Notes: a model not told the origin generated them from the letters alone. A stretch of DNA of 64,000 bases from Raillietiella orientalis (GCA_036172245.1 JAYWIR010000001.1:1426001-1490000), one strand, 5' to 3'. Counted from the stretch's first letter, positions 36,229 through 49,390 are shown. Made by a program: numbers and translations.

Positions 36229-37688
36229 GCAGGCCCCTCAGGTTCTTTGTGGACGACTGGAACCTACAGCCCTACCTACAGCCCCACCTCTTTCCCCCGC
36301 CACTGTCTTTGTTCGTTTATCGATTGCAGCCGTCTGAGAAGACCAACGACATTCGCAGGCTTGATGTTGAAGTCGGTTCGACCTGGCGGAGGTTTGGTCA
36401 TTTCCTCTTCCGTTTCTCGGAATTTTCGGATCTCGTTCTTCACGATGAACAATCGCTAAATTTCAATCCCTCCCCTCCTCAACGCTTCTGTAAGAGTCCT
36501 TCCGTTGTCTATGGATGTTGAGGAAACCCAAGTTCACCGAGGAAAAGTAAACTGGCATTCGAGAAAGGGATGCTCAGTCCCCCCCCCCTTTTTTTTTTTC
36601 CTTTTGGATTCGGAGTCCGGAAAGACATGGAAGACGGGAAGTCCGCAGAGCTCGGAGAACACGGTGGTGCTGGTGGTACCGCAAAACATCTGCCTAGCCG
36701 CTCAGACGGATGATGTCTTCGTCGCGCGGTGATCCAATGGCTTTTCCATGTAGAACGATCGTGCTGACAGACTTCGTACCCGCGAAAGTCTTCCAACCGC
36801 CTCATGTGACGCTTCGGAAGACACACCCTGAGGAAGACATTCCTAGTGAGTGTGTTCCTAATAGTGCCAGTAGCGCACCCTCTGAACAGCCAAGAAAACG
36901 TTCGTCTGCCGCCTGAAGTGTGTGTTGAACTGCTCCTCGGACCATCCTCGTAGCTCCTTGCGTAGTTTTGGAGTCTGGTTACCTCTGCTTTGCAGCCTGC
37001 TCTTCTTTCCGGTGTCTCCATCTGGAGAACTACCTCGAAATTAGATTCTTCTTCCTCGCGGCTTATAGAGTCCTCGAAAATGGCATGAGAGAAGAGGATT
37101 TGCGTCCGATCTGAGGCCACGTTTCAAGCGACTAACCCAAAAGGCAATCCGGCACACAGACTAAACGACTTCTTATCGTGCGAAGACCAAGAAAACAAAA
37201 GTAACACTCTGGGCTTTGCTTCTTGACCACTCGGTGCATGCGTCGGCCTGCAAGTTTTGGGGTTCCTTGCGAGGAAGGTCCTGAAATCGAAGCGTTTCCT
37301 CAACCTGCAACCTAACATCCCGTCTGGTTGGTGGTACCGCGATGCCCTGAGTGAACCATGGTTTTCGATTTCCGAGTTGAGGAGCAAGTTTCGCTTGACT
37401 TTTCACGTCCTTGAACTTTTGGAGACTTCAGCCATGGAGCGGGTCCTAGGAGACAGTTCGATGACGGCATCTTATTCGAGCCCTCTCGATTCTTCACAGT
37501 TTCTTCATGAAAGTAGGCAAGCCGCGTAGAGCCGGCTCACTAACATGACGAGAGGTGATAAACCTTTGAGCGTCTTCCAGTTCGATTTCTTCCTCTCCAG
37601 CTTCTTGAAGGGCTTCTCCGTCCATGACGATGCTCCATGAACTACGCTTCCCGGAAAGCTTCCTTTCTAGAACTGGTGGGGGAAATCC

Positions 37689-38261
37689 TTAGATGCAGCG
37701 TCCACTCAGTGGCTCAACTGAAGGTGCAGGCAATTCATTACTTGCAGGCAGGTCTTCTGTTGCCATCTCCACTGAAGTCAGCAATTTTTGCAATCCATCG
37801 AAGCTGTCTTTTTCAACTATGTGGAGCGATTCGGTTTCCAGATCACTGATATCTTCATCTGTCACTGATTTTTCAGCCGGATTGCTAAGCGTTTCTTGCT
37901 GTTCAATAGCGTCTGGAATTTCTTGAGAAAGGGGCTCCGTTCTGTTTTCTTTGGAAACTGGGGCCTCTAAAACGTCCTGCAATGCACTCAACCCATGCTG
38001 GTCAGCTTTGACAGCCTCCTGGCCTGATTGTTCCTGTTCTGTTTTGCACATGACTATTTCCAAATCATCATGAACCTGATAACTTGGTAGTATGCTTTCA
38101 AGGATGCGTTTCACACGCAACAACCCTTTTACCTTTGCTTTCCTCCCTTCTCGCAGCAGCTCCTGAGCACGTCTTATGCACAGATGAATTTGGTTCTGGT
38201 ACTCAGCAATTTGATGTTCTTCCATTCTTAACATTCTTCTACGACGCTTAACATTCTGCAC
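37689..38261 (-). pseudogene. ESCRT-III Snf7-domain fragment, most like the CHMP7 C-terminal domain
   Basis: RRAQELLREGRKAKVKGLLRVKRILES..EAVKADQHGLSALQDVL..VSKE..EIPDAIEQQE..DEDISDLETE fits the Snf7 helix pattern; no ATG start, with an upstream stop inside a short tandem duplication (about 38245-38298). Confidence 0.68.
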
Positions 38262-39344
38262 TAACCGTTCTTCGATTCTTAACGTCCTGCACTAACCTGC
38301 ATTTCCCATAAGTGTATCAGCAGTGGTAAACCTCTTTCTCGATGGTGCCACCAAATTGACTTTCCCGTTTTCTCCAGAAGCAACTCGGTTGAAATCATAC
38401 TTCATCAGGATCTTTGATAGAGTGTGATTATCACGAAACACTTGCATCTCGTTTTCCGCCAGTGAGTTTCTGAATACATAAAAAAAAACTCCACCCGCTT
38501 GGGTTCCACAAGAAACTTGTGAGCATCCATCCTCGCCATCGCGAGACAGGAATGCCGATTTGAGACTCCTTTGAAAGATGTCGACTCCTCTAGCACCAAC
38601 ATCAGTTTCTCTCCTAGAGCAGTTTGTGCTTTAGCGTTAAGACAAGTACTTCTCTGAGGCTTGTGGAACCATGGTTTCCTTCCAGAGTTTTCTCCGAGAA
38701 CCATCCACTCAGTACTTTTCGGGGGACACTTTGGCGCCCGAATCCGCCCTTCGGATTCGCGCACCATTTGGGCTCTCTTCCATGCAAAAAAGTCCTGTGG
38801 GGAGTTTTCAGACCACCGCTGGCGTGAAGCTTCCTCTGCTGGAACTCCGTCGCCTCTTTTCCCCATGTCGTCCCGTGTTCTTTTTGGAGTCTTCCAGACT
38901 CATGAAAGCGCTTCGGGATGTGCAACCTTTTGATCCGCTTCTAACCAGCTCTTCTAGGGATTTTCTCGGACGATAGCAGAATTTCAGAGTCGATCTATGG
39001 ACCCGCAATTTGGCGAGACAACGTTCAGTTGATGAATCCTCGCTCAGTGGGACCGTGCTGCCACCAATTGGAATGCACGGGAAGGTTCGATCCAGCTCAT
39101 GATTCGCCATTTCCTCAGCCTGGAGGGAGCGAAGACTCGGTTTTTGCGCTGGTGTCAAAGGGGCAGATTGGCGCGTCAGGAATGCCCGCAGAGACAGCAA
39201 CATCGCTCCTGCTGCCTGCCTGTTTCGCCGCGAGTTGCAAGAGCTGCGCGCGTGCGTTCGTGGTCACAGCTTGTGTGAAGTTCCGGTTCGCCAATCCAGC
39301 CGGTCTCACCTCGATTCCCAGTTCTTTCTTGTTTGCTTTTCCTT

Positions 39345-39670
39345 TCAAGGCCGGTGACGACCTCATGGACCTTCCTGTTGGCCCGGGATGATGGAAATCC
39401 TTCCGGGAGTTCTTCTGTTTTAACTGCTGCTTTTCCTTCCGGCTATTCTTTTTCCTCTTTTTTGGTTCTCGAAGTGCTGAAGAACCGTTCGCCTCCTTTC
39501 GGGAGGGGGGGCTCACGAAGCTCTTTGACATCGTCCACGCTCACGCAAGGGCGCGGGCTGATTCTTCATGTTGGGAGGGACAACCACCCTATGGAATCTA
39601 GTAAGGCTCCACAGGGAGGAGTCCGTTCCTCCTACTCTTGGTAGGGGGCACGCTCGCGCTGGTTGTTTCC
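39345..39670 (-). mobile_element. SINE-like element, 3' half (continuation of 40490-40935)
   Basis: Colinear with 46730-47055, including the terminal gaggtcg..accgg motif. Confidence 0.78.
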
Positions 39671-39671
39671 T

Positions 39672-40490
39672 GTTTCCACCCGGACACGCCGGGACGTTTA
39701 TTAGCATTTAAAATAAAGTTGCAAATTGTGGTGATGGTACACGTGGTCCTACCACACTCACTTTGTCCTTGGACCTGCCAGTCGCCGGTGCGCAGACCGG
39801 CAGGGGTCACCTCGGCAGCGGAGGGGAGGGGAAAAAAAAATGAAAACACCGTGCAGGACCGGGAAAGGGTTACTGTCCACTGAAGGAAGTCCTCTGCATC
39901 CTTCGGAAGGTGCCACGGAAAAGCGAATTGCATGCTGGACGGCATCCCTCTCGTACGGTTCTCCTTCAGCGTCGCTCCGGGACGCCACAACCCCATGGAT
40001 TCAGCAAAGAGCTGCTAGGACTGCGGCTGGCGGTAGGGCGTCCCGCTTGAAGAGGAGCTTCGAAACGTCCCTGGGGTCGCCATCTGGGATTCGTAAGGTC
40101 GTCCCAAAACGTCGGAGGGAGTCCACGAGCAGCTTCGGGAGGGATGCACGTTCCCCGCACCTGCGGCAGTCCGGACTCGCCCGCCCTCCCCTGGGTCCAG
40201 CAGTGACGGCGAAAGTTGCAGGGAAGGCCCCAGTGCAACAGACGGAGTGCCGACTCCCAACACTCCAGGGGGATGGTGCTGCTATCCTTGAACACTGGGA
40301 GTCCCTCTAGGTCTTCGCTAGGAACACGGAGCAGCTCGCCCCAGCGTTGAAGTCCTCGTGGAAGGGAACTTGGAGTCGCAGAGTTTGTCAGCTGCCCCGT
40401 GGTCCAATCACTTGTCTTAATCCTCCTGCCTACGATCTCGCACGAGACTCACCGGTGGGCTGCTGCCACTCGCAACGAGTGACCTTGAGG
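39672..40490 (-). mobile_element. L1/Tx1-like 3' fragment inserted in a SINE
   Basis: LRLLHWGLPCNFRRHCWT, RCGE finger, 3' stem-loop at 39775-39820, terminal cccggcgtgtccgggtggaaa. Confidence 0.85.
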
Positions 40491-40935
40491 AGGGGGGCTC
40501 AACCATCGCTTCTTCCCCAAAGGGAACCCAGGAAACATCCGCTTCCTGTTTCATTCTCTGGAAGGTGACCTGAAGGGAGCAGTGCGCTTCTTGACTCTCT
40601 GGAGAGGCGAGCCTCCCCCCCCCCTCCGAGGGAGGTATCAACCAGCTCCATGGAACGGCTCCATTCTCGCAACCAGAGAGGAACCCCCAAAATGTCCTTG
40701 ATTCCTGGAAGGACCCCGGAGGGTCAACTTCCGGTCAGTCGATGGAGGAATCCGCTTTCCGCCAGTGCCACTGCCGAAGCCAGCCGAGGCCGACCAGCGT
40801 CCTACGGGGATAGAGGAACTCGAAACCCACGACGCGCTCCTCATTTGTCGGCGCCGACCCTTCCCCGGGCGGGATTCGAACCCGTGACGCTTGGAACAAG
40901 CGTGGAGACCGCAGCTGCACGGCCTCCAGCGCGGG
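40490..40935 (-). mobile_element. tRNA-headed SINE-like element, 5' half
   Basis: Head 40861-40935 with B-box gggttcgaatccc on minus strand; body modules follow. Confidence 0.8.
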
Positions 40936-41329
40936 CTTCAGCGTTGCGGTTTCTTCTGCGCAGGATGGGTGACCAGGGTCTGGACCTCCACTGGAAGCAC
41001 ACGGGATGTCTTTAGGGAGAAACAGCGGACTCGCCTGAGGAAGAACAGTTGTGCCCCCTCAAGGCAACAAGGCCCTCCATCCAACACGCAAGGAGGGAAT
41101 CACCATGGTGGTGGAAGCGACGAGTAGGGAACGGCGCTTCGTCCCTGAGCAACTGGGCGCATCTCGTTCGTAGGTTCGGGAGAGGAACCTCGCGAGATGT
41201 GCTCCTCTCGGTTCCCTGGGAACGAGACGCCCAGCTCAGCAAAGCATCCCGGCTCTGACGCCAGGAGCGCCGGTCCAAGGGGGCGGGAATGAGGAGGGGT
41301 GAAGGGGAAAACGGGTCGATGCTTCCCGG

Positions 41330-41664
41330 ACTCGTCGACGTGACCATTTCTGTGGTCCTTCCTCCTTTATAATGGAAGTCATCAGTTGCTGACTGTTTTA
41401 TTGCAGTTCGCTTAAAACCGTGGAGGATTTCTGACCCTCGTCCCCTTCCGGTGTCTCAGGAGGGCAGCAACTTGAATCGTTCCACCACCAGACGGTGGCG
41501 CATTTGGCGGCGCACTGGACGTGTAGCTCTACCGCCTGGAGTTTTGGCAGGCGCATTCTGTTCTTGGCTCCGCGAGCTTCCCTACGACCGACTTCAGCAG
41601 ACTTCCTACATTTTGAGTGGCTGAGAGTGCTTCCCGCGCCGCTGGTCTCGACGTGCTAAAAAGA
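41330..41664. repeat. 335-bp direct repeat, copy 1
   Basis: Matches 44082-44416 with about 4 substitutions. Confidence 0.97.
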
Positions 41665-44081
41665 TCGCCGCGCTATTCGCGCACGCGCGCATGCGTCTCG
41701 CTTCCTCCATATCCCGGCAGCGGAAGTGGATGGGAAAAAACATATCCCCCAGACGCGTGTTCCTGTCCTGTCCCGAGAGAAGGGGACGGACGAGGGCAAG
41801 GATGCCGCCTTCCGGGTGATGCGGATCTTCCACTTCTTCTTCCATGGTTACGGCCCTGGTTCCCTGTGGCTGACGAGGCGGTCGCGGGAGCAGGGAAAGG
41901 GTAGCGAGGAGGATGGACCCTGCCTCCGTCTCCCAGGGTCTCTCCTGCTCCATAAAGATGCAGTCGGAGGATGGGGCGAGGATAGGTCGCCTCGATTCCC
42001 TCTTCTTCCCTTCCTCTGGACAAAGTCCCTGCCCTTGTCTTGCGGGGACTGGCCTTTCGCTATCCAGCCGCCGATGAAGTGTACTTCCTGCAGACCTATT
42101 CGAACTTGAGCATAGGTAGCCTAGGAATAGGTATCCGGATAGGTCTCATATGTCTGCTTCCGGTTCTGGACGAATGAGGGGAAGGGGGGGAGAGGTTGTC
42201 CCGGCTCTTGTCCTGCTCCGGCCCGTGAGTGCAGGTCCTCTCAAGGACGCGCCAGATTTCCAGGGCTTCCGGGAAAAAAAAACGGCGTATGGCACGTCTT
42301 GCGCACGCGCCTTCGACGATTCCTTGAAGTGCCTCTATGGCAGCAGCCGGCATCGCCTCCGTCTCGGGAGACTTTGATGATCCTGGGACTGCCTCCTCGC
42401 CGTTCGTAGGAGCTATGCGGGTTTCCCAAACTCCCGAGTCCTTGAAGCGGAGTCAGAGGCCGCCGAGGCAACGGCGAAGGCGCGCTCGAGAGAGGCTTCT
42501 TGGTCTGCCGGTTGCCAGCGAGAGTCGTCGAACCACTTCCTTCTCTGCATCCTGTTGCCTCTCCCGTGCTCTTCCATCGAGGGATGGAACGGGGAACACG
42601 CACGTACTCGCGCGCGGGCGTGCATCTTCCACGCCTTCAGGCAACGTCTACGGAAACGCCTGCAGGTGGTGTGTTTTCGCCGCAGAGTTCCTGACGAAAC
42701 GAAGGAGGCGGAGGCGGCCCGCGGACCACGGCGAATCCTTCTGGACGAGCAGCCTTTTTGCGGAGTTGGTACTCAGGAGGAGAGTAAACTCTGAAGGTGC
42801 TCGAAGGTGAGATCTTTGGTTACCACAGACTGCTAGAGGATAAAGATGACGCTGTCTCGGGCAGGGAGTAGTCTCTCCTGATCAAGAAAAATTTCGCCGA
42901 CCACTAAGGGACTCTACGACGTCACCAGGATGTTTCTGTCGTGCTGCTGCATCACCGTGAGAGAGCAAAGAGGGGAGTTTGGGGGAGTGAACAACAGTGA
43001 GGTAGACCGGCGACGCGTGATGGGGGTTGTCATCTTCAGAAACCTCCAAAGTTATGATTCCATGGCAGAAGGCGCTCGTGACCACGGTGATGCCGAGGTC
43101 ACAGTGCTCTCGCAAGAGCGCTTGGAAAGGTGGGCGGCACCGCGGAAGGTTGGATTTCAAAACACCCAGGAATGCGCACCTCTGTGATGCAGTCCTGACC
43201 TGCTTCCTCAGGCCATCAACTCTTCCCGTGACCAGGAAACTATTCATGGGAGCCAAAAAGGAGGGACTTTGAAGGTCAGACCACAAGCTGAACGAGAAAA
43301 AGACGTGGATCTCAACGCTTGGTGTTCACGCGGAGGTCACCACCTCCGGGACGGTGAGTATGTGAGATTGTTGTCCAAGAGCAGGTCGCTTGCAACAATC
43401 GGTGGCCTTCCTCCACGCTTCTGGCTTTTTCTTCCATTTTCTGCGCCCATGCTCCGACCAGGGGGTTTCCTTCCTTCGTCCCTGCGTTGCCGACGGGAGC
43501 GGAATATGTTATCAGCGCAGGGAGAGGCTGCTGACATGTCTGGTTTCAGCTTTCGCTTCTTCTGTTTCCTCAACATCATTTTCCAGCGCTCTTTGCAGCC
43601 CCTTTCTGCTTTTTTCTTTTTCCGACACTTTAGGCGGCGCACTTTTCGGCCACACGATCCCACCTTCTCGGCCTCAGCAGGACTTCATCTCTTTTCTTTC
43701 GGATTAACCAACACGAGCTTCTCCTGTTTCCATGACGCTCCTGAACGAACGAACCCCGGAAAGCAGCACAGTAGCTGTGAGAGGTGAGGCCTCTCGGATT
43801 GCAGCGATTTTCTCCACGTCTTCGGACCGACGTTTCGACGGATGCCTGTCCACCGAAGAGCGGCCGGTGGTGTGGAACGATGGAGGCCGCAAACGGGACA
43901 TTTCCGTCCTGGAACGGGCTTTCGCGGCTCGAACCAAGAGCGGCTTCTCAACTTAAGATAGTTCTTCCTGCGTTGTTGTAGGAAAGCAGTCAAAGCTGAA
44001 GGCCCGTCTTCTTTCGGGGAGACTCCATCTTGCAGTCACGAGTGAAGGTGAATTCTATCTCCCCTACACTTCGATTCACCA
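41665..44081 (-). mobile_element. Highly decayed L1/Tx1-like ORF1-APE-tether relic
   Basis: In minus-strand order: KCPVCG knuckle-like, VTGRVDGL, LTVVHSP, PT..SRRI, GRG, VTMEEEV; each motif is weak on its own. Confidence 0.38.
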
Positions 44082-44416
44082 ACTCGTCGACGTGACCATT
44101 TCTGTGGTCCTTCCTCCTTTATAATGGAAGTCATCAGTTGCTGACTGTTTTATTGCAGTTCGCTTGAAACCGTGGAGGATTTCTGACCCTCGTTACCTTC
44201 CGGTGTCTCAGGAGGGCAGCAACTTGAATCGTTCCACCACCAGACGGTGGCGCATTTGGCGGCGCACTGGACGTGTAGCTCTACCGCCTGGAGTTTTGGC
44301 AGGCGCATTCTGTTCTTGGCTCCGCGAGCTTCCTTACGACCGACTTCAGCAGACTTCCTACATTTTGAGTGGCTGAGAGTGCTTCCCGCGCCGCTGGTCT
44401 CGACGTGCTAAAAAGA
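44082..44416. repeat. 335-bp direct repeat, copy 2
   Basis: Matches 41330-41664. Confidence 0.97.
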
Positions 44417-45883
44417 ACCACATCCTGAAAGAAGGACGGAAGAATTTGCGTTAAAGACCCCCGGAAGGAGCAGAGCGGGCATGCGAACTGGCTAGGGGGA
44501 CGGTTGCTAAGGAGGAAAAGAAAAGGACGACAAAAACAGGCAAAGGATGAGAACGAGTCCCTCATTCTCGTGAAATCATCTCTTCCGCCCTGCCTGCTGC
44601 TCTGCGTGCGCCACTTCTCGGATGCATCCCAGCCGCAAGGTCTGGACCGAGTCATCGATACAACTTCCTCGTTCACTCATTTCTTTGCTCTCTAAAATTC
44701 TCTCGCAGGACTCAGATACCTCGTCGCTCAGGTCAGCAGGTCACTCGTTCACTGGGAAGCCCTTGGATCGCCTCCACGATAGTGGCTGCCACGACCGCGC
44801 CATTCTGTTGGATTTCGGTTCAATTCAAAATAGATGGCTAGATAGATAGAGATTAAGTTACAAATTTATTTTGCAATTCAATCTATATAAGAATGTATGT
44901 GTTAATGCACATAATGGACATATGTATTTGTTTCTTATGGTTTTTCGGTATTTTGATCGTCATCAGTCGTCGGGTTTGTCTTCAGGATGAAGTATGCGTC
45001 TAACTCATGTACCGACCTCTTCCAAGTGGCCTTTCCTTGCTCAGATGCTTTCTGTCATCTGTTTTAAGAGTGGCATCATCTGTTTTTCGTTCTCACTTGC
45101 GCCTCATTGCATCCTGGGTGGAGTTCTTCTGTTTGCTTCTTTCTTCGTTCTGTCCATCGTGGGAATCCATCGAATATGAAGGGCCCTCTTTTGATTTACT
45201 CCTTTTTTTGACCTCCTTACCAGACTTGCTCGTTGCACTTTACAATCCCGAGATCGTCATCCGGAACGGACGGAACGCATACCACTTGCATCCGGTGAAC
45301 CCCCCTCCTTCTTTCAACTCTGCCTTCACCAATGGTTCCATAGTTTCTTTGGGAGCTTCTCACGGGCTCTTCTATGTTCCGTCCACACCGAGTGAAACGC
45401 TGACCTGACCTTCTACTTGAGAATCGTTTCTGACGGGCTTCATGGCTTCTTCCGTGCTTCACTTTCTCATCGTATTCTTTCGTCCACTGCTGTGCTCAGC
45501 TCCGTATCACCAGACAGGCCAGAAAGGCGCTCGTGTTACGCCTGGAGTTCAAGAAGTTCTACTCTTCCAAGCTCACGCTTTCTTCGACTTCGCCTGACAG
45601 GAGGATGCGGGAGAAAAAGTGAGGAAGGACTCTCTTCCTTCCATTATACATTGTGGGTGACTCCCTCTGAAAACGAACGAACGTAACCATTGCGTGGCGA
45701 CAGAACATTTCTCTTAAACGACCTTGGAGACACCGACGCTCGTGCATCCGATTTGTGTATAAATAGAATGTCTGTGAAAATAGCCTTACCATGACTTAAT
45801 ATGCATGTGTGGTAGTAGTTTGGAGCGTGCATGCGATGAGGAAATCGTGGGTGAGGGTTGAAGTCCACTACCTTTTCGTTTTA

Positions 45884-47060
45884 CCCGCGTTGGCAGCCGT
45901 GCGGGTGGCCGCGTTCTACGCGCGTATCGCCAAGCGTCGCGGGTTCGAATCCCTCCCGAGGAAGGATCGTTGCAGAGAACGCGTGTTTCCTATCCCCCCC
46001 CCCGCAAGATGGTGCTGGTTGGCCTTATAGGCTTCAGTTGCGGCACTGGTGAAAGCCGGATGTCTCCACTGGACTGGTCGGGATCGGAGGTTGATCCTCC
46101 TAGGTCATTCCGGGAACCAAGGAGGAGCCCTTCGAAGTTTCCCCTTCGGTTGTGAAGATGGAGCCGTTACCATGGAGCTGGCCTCTCCAGAGTATCAGGA
46201 GGCGCGCTCCTCCCTTCGGGATACTCTTCAGAGGTGGAAACGGGGCGATTCCCTTGCGGTTCCTTCCGGAGGAGAAATTCAAGGAGCGGATCCTTTCTGG
46301 GAATAAGAGGAGGGAGAAAGGAGGAGTGCCCCCCTCCGGGGGGCCACATACGTCCCTCCGGAGAAGAAGGAAGAGGTTCTCTTCGGAGAAGAAACCGGAT
46401 GGCCCCATTGACCGTTGGTTAGAAAGGGATCGGGAGCTGACCCTCCAGGAATCCAGGAGCCAGCTGGTTCCCTTCGGGTTATCCCCTCCGGTTGAGAAAA
46501 TGGAGCTGGTTGATGCCCCCCACCTCGGGGGGTCGCCTCTCCAGGTGCAAGAAGCGCGCTGCTCCCTTCGGGAGCGCCCTTCAGAGAAATCGGAAACCAT
46601 CCCTTCGGGGTTCTCTTTAGAGGAGGAGTAACAAGGAGCGGTTCCCTACGGAGAAGAAATTCCAGGAGCGGATCCTTTCCGGGTTCCCTTCGGAGAAGGA
46701 GCGAGGAAGGACTCCCTTCGGGGTTCCCGCCAGAGACGACCAAGGCAAGGGTCCCCTCCCAAGCGTAACAGGAACGGACTCCTTTTTCTGGAGCCTTCCT
46801 GGATTCCATAGAGTGGTCCCCCGCGGTTGCCCCGTATGACTTGAAGAGCTACACGCACCCTCGTGTGGCGTGCACGGCTCTGGAAAGCTTCGTGACCACC
46901 TCCCCCAAGGACCCAAGGATGCGTTCCTCAGCACTTGGCGGACCAAAAAAACAGAAAAGCTGGAAGGAAAGCAGCGAAGATAGAGGGACTCCAAAGGGAT
47001 TTCCATCCTCCTAGCCAACGGTAACGATCTCCCCGTGAGGTCGCTACCGGAGTTTAAAAA
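45884..47060 (+). mobile_element. Full-length (~1.18 kb) tRNA-headed SINE-like element
   Basis: A-box-like tggcagccgtgcgg, B-box gggttcgaatccc at 45941-45953, repeated internal modules, 3' end shared with 39345, followed by an A/(TA)n tail. Confidence 0.78.
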
Positions 47061-47989
47061 TATATATATATATATATGCATTCAACCGTTTGGAACCTCC
47101 GTGTGTGTGTTCTCGTGTTTTCCTGTTTGGTTGACAGCTTTGCAGGACCAGACCTGGCTCTCTGAAGCAACGAACGTGCATCTGTTGCCATCTGTATCTA
47201 TCCCATGGGCTTGTCGCCGGGCGTCGCACTTGGTTCTTCCTTCGTTCTTCTTCTTCTCCCCTTTCTGCTTCGTGACGCCTGGATTCCTCGGCTTTCCCTC
47301 TCCTTGGAAACTACGAAGCTGATCCGGACCTTCGACGGAATCCAGGATGGCATCCTTTCCGGGAAAGATGCTCTTCGCTCGCTTTCGAGCCCTCGCTGGA
47401 ACCGGGAAGGCATCGGAAACCCGGGTTCCAGGTGAGGATGCAGAGAAGTGGCAGCAAAACTCTCCAGGCTCACCGACCACTTGCAGCCAATCGACCCGCG
47501 GGACGCAAGAGCGCATCCCTTTCATGGAAGACCTGCCGGCGGCTGTCTGCTCCTCCTGCGAGAAGACTCTGCCGAGGGGATTCGGAACGACCCCGGTGCT
47601 CCTGTGAGCCAATCAGCTTGCCGCATGCTTCCCGCAGGCAGGAACGAGAGTTTCTTCCGTTCACAAGGAAACGTCCGAGCGCTCATCTGTGCTCTTCCCC
47701 GGCGTGGAAAACTTGGCGAATGAGACTTTCCCTTCCGGGAGTGCCATTGTGGAGGCCAGACGCCCGTGACAGCACGGTTTTCTTTTCTTTTCCTTTCATC
47801 CCCCCTTCCCCCAAAGAAACAGCACTTGTTGCCGCAATAAGAGCGAGGATCCCGTAGGGAATACAAGAGTGTTAAACCATCCGGTGAAAGGAGCAGCAGC
47901 GCACTGCCTGCAATCAAGATGTCCAACCCGATCGGGGTCATGACAACTGGCCATCGTGCCGCACATGTGTTGCAGCAAGTGTCGCGATG

Positions 47990-49390
47990 GGGTTCGGTTC
48001 GGAATCCCCAGCGGTCAGCCCCGCATGCCGAAGGCTCCAGACGTGGCACAAAATCAATACGTGTGCTTCTTATGTACATTGGCATAGAGAATGATAAGGA
48101 TGACGAAATAGACATCAATGTGCTTACTATGTACAAACGTACATATAGATTATTGCACGCATTTATTTTCGCATGCGTACTTATTGATGTTTATTAACAC
48201 AGATAAAATTACCATCATACACTCACTGTTAATATGAATGTTATTTTAGCACATATGTTTCTTAATATTTATTAACACATACAATTGATGTAATTTAGAA
48301 TAATGTATTAACATAATCAGTAATGTGTTAACATAATTAACAGTATGTATTAACACATATTATCAGCACATATACTAAAGATCGTAAAAAATAAATATAT
48401 GTGCTCCTTATGTACTTTCAATATACGTTTTGTATATATTATAAACGTCGAAAAGAATGAATATGTATGCTTATTAAGCATATGAATTCATTTTAACATA
48501 CATGTTTGTTAATATTTATTCACATACCGACTATTAATATGAATGTTGTCTTAGCACATATGTTTCTTAGTATTTATTAACATACACAATTGATGTAATT
48601 TATAATATGTTATTATATTTCATATTTATCAATATATCATTAATATATACATTAGAGATTATAAAAATAAATGCATATGCTCATTATATACCTTGACATA
48701 CTTATTTATATATAGATTAGTGTGCAAATCTATTTTAACATTTAACATATGTATTAACGGATTCATAAAAAAACATAAGATACATATGCATAAATTAAAC
48801 TGCATTGGTATACGTTTACGTATACAATAAGTATGTATTAAATGAAGGTATACTTATCGAATTGTAGGCCTGTAAGGTTACCGAACGATCAAAATGCCGA
48901 GAGTGGAATTCCTCGGTTGCCGAGGAAATTTCATTTGTTGCGTGTTGGAAAGGGCAGGAAAAGGAAATGCCAAACTTTTTTCTTATCTCTGCACTTTGTT
49001 TGCTTTTTTTATTTTTTCCCCGATGATTACCCCCATTATTTTTCATTTTTTATAATTGGATATTCATATGTTCATTTAATATATATATATATATTAGGAC
49101 ATATTACTGCACACTGTGAACTATATTAACGATATGTCTATTGACAATTATGAATAAATATGCATGTTAAAATAATATTAATATTAATAAAACGTATGTT
49201 GAAGTAATTATTATATTTGCAATACAAACTCTAATCTAATCTACATAAATATCCATATAAATAATAAAATCTAATCTGTATAAACTCTAATCTAATCTAA
49301 TCAAGCGGTGACTTTTATATACACGATAAGCATATCTGTTTCGTTTTTACGTCTTTCGAGATTTCGACATGCGCGATTTTGGTTCGGCAC
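47990..49390. mobile_element. AT-rich foldback/MITE-like element
   Basis: Degenerate terminal motifs at both ends; internal duplicated AT-rich blocks (48230-48300 vs 48535-48600). Confidence 0.68.

Noticed and set aside
41330..41400. Hammerhead ribozyme on minus strand (CTGATGA followed by a hairpin)
   Set aside because: GAAA does not follow stem II directly, and no stem III or cleavage triplet can be formed
45884..45963. tRNA gene
   Set aside because: B-box and T-arm present, but no convincing acceptor or anticodon stems; always attached to the same repeat body
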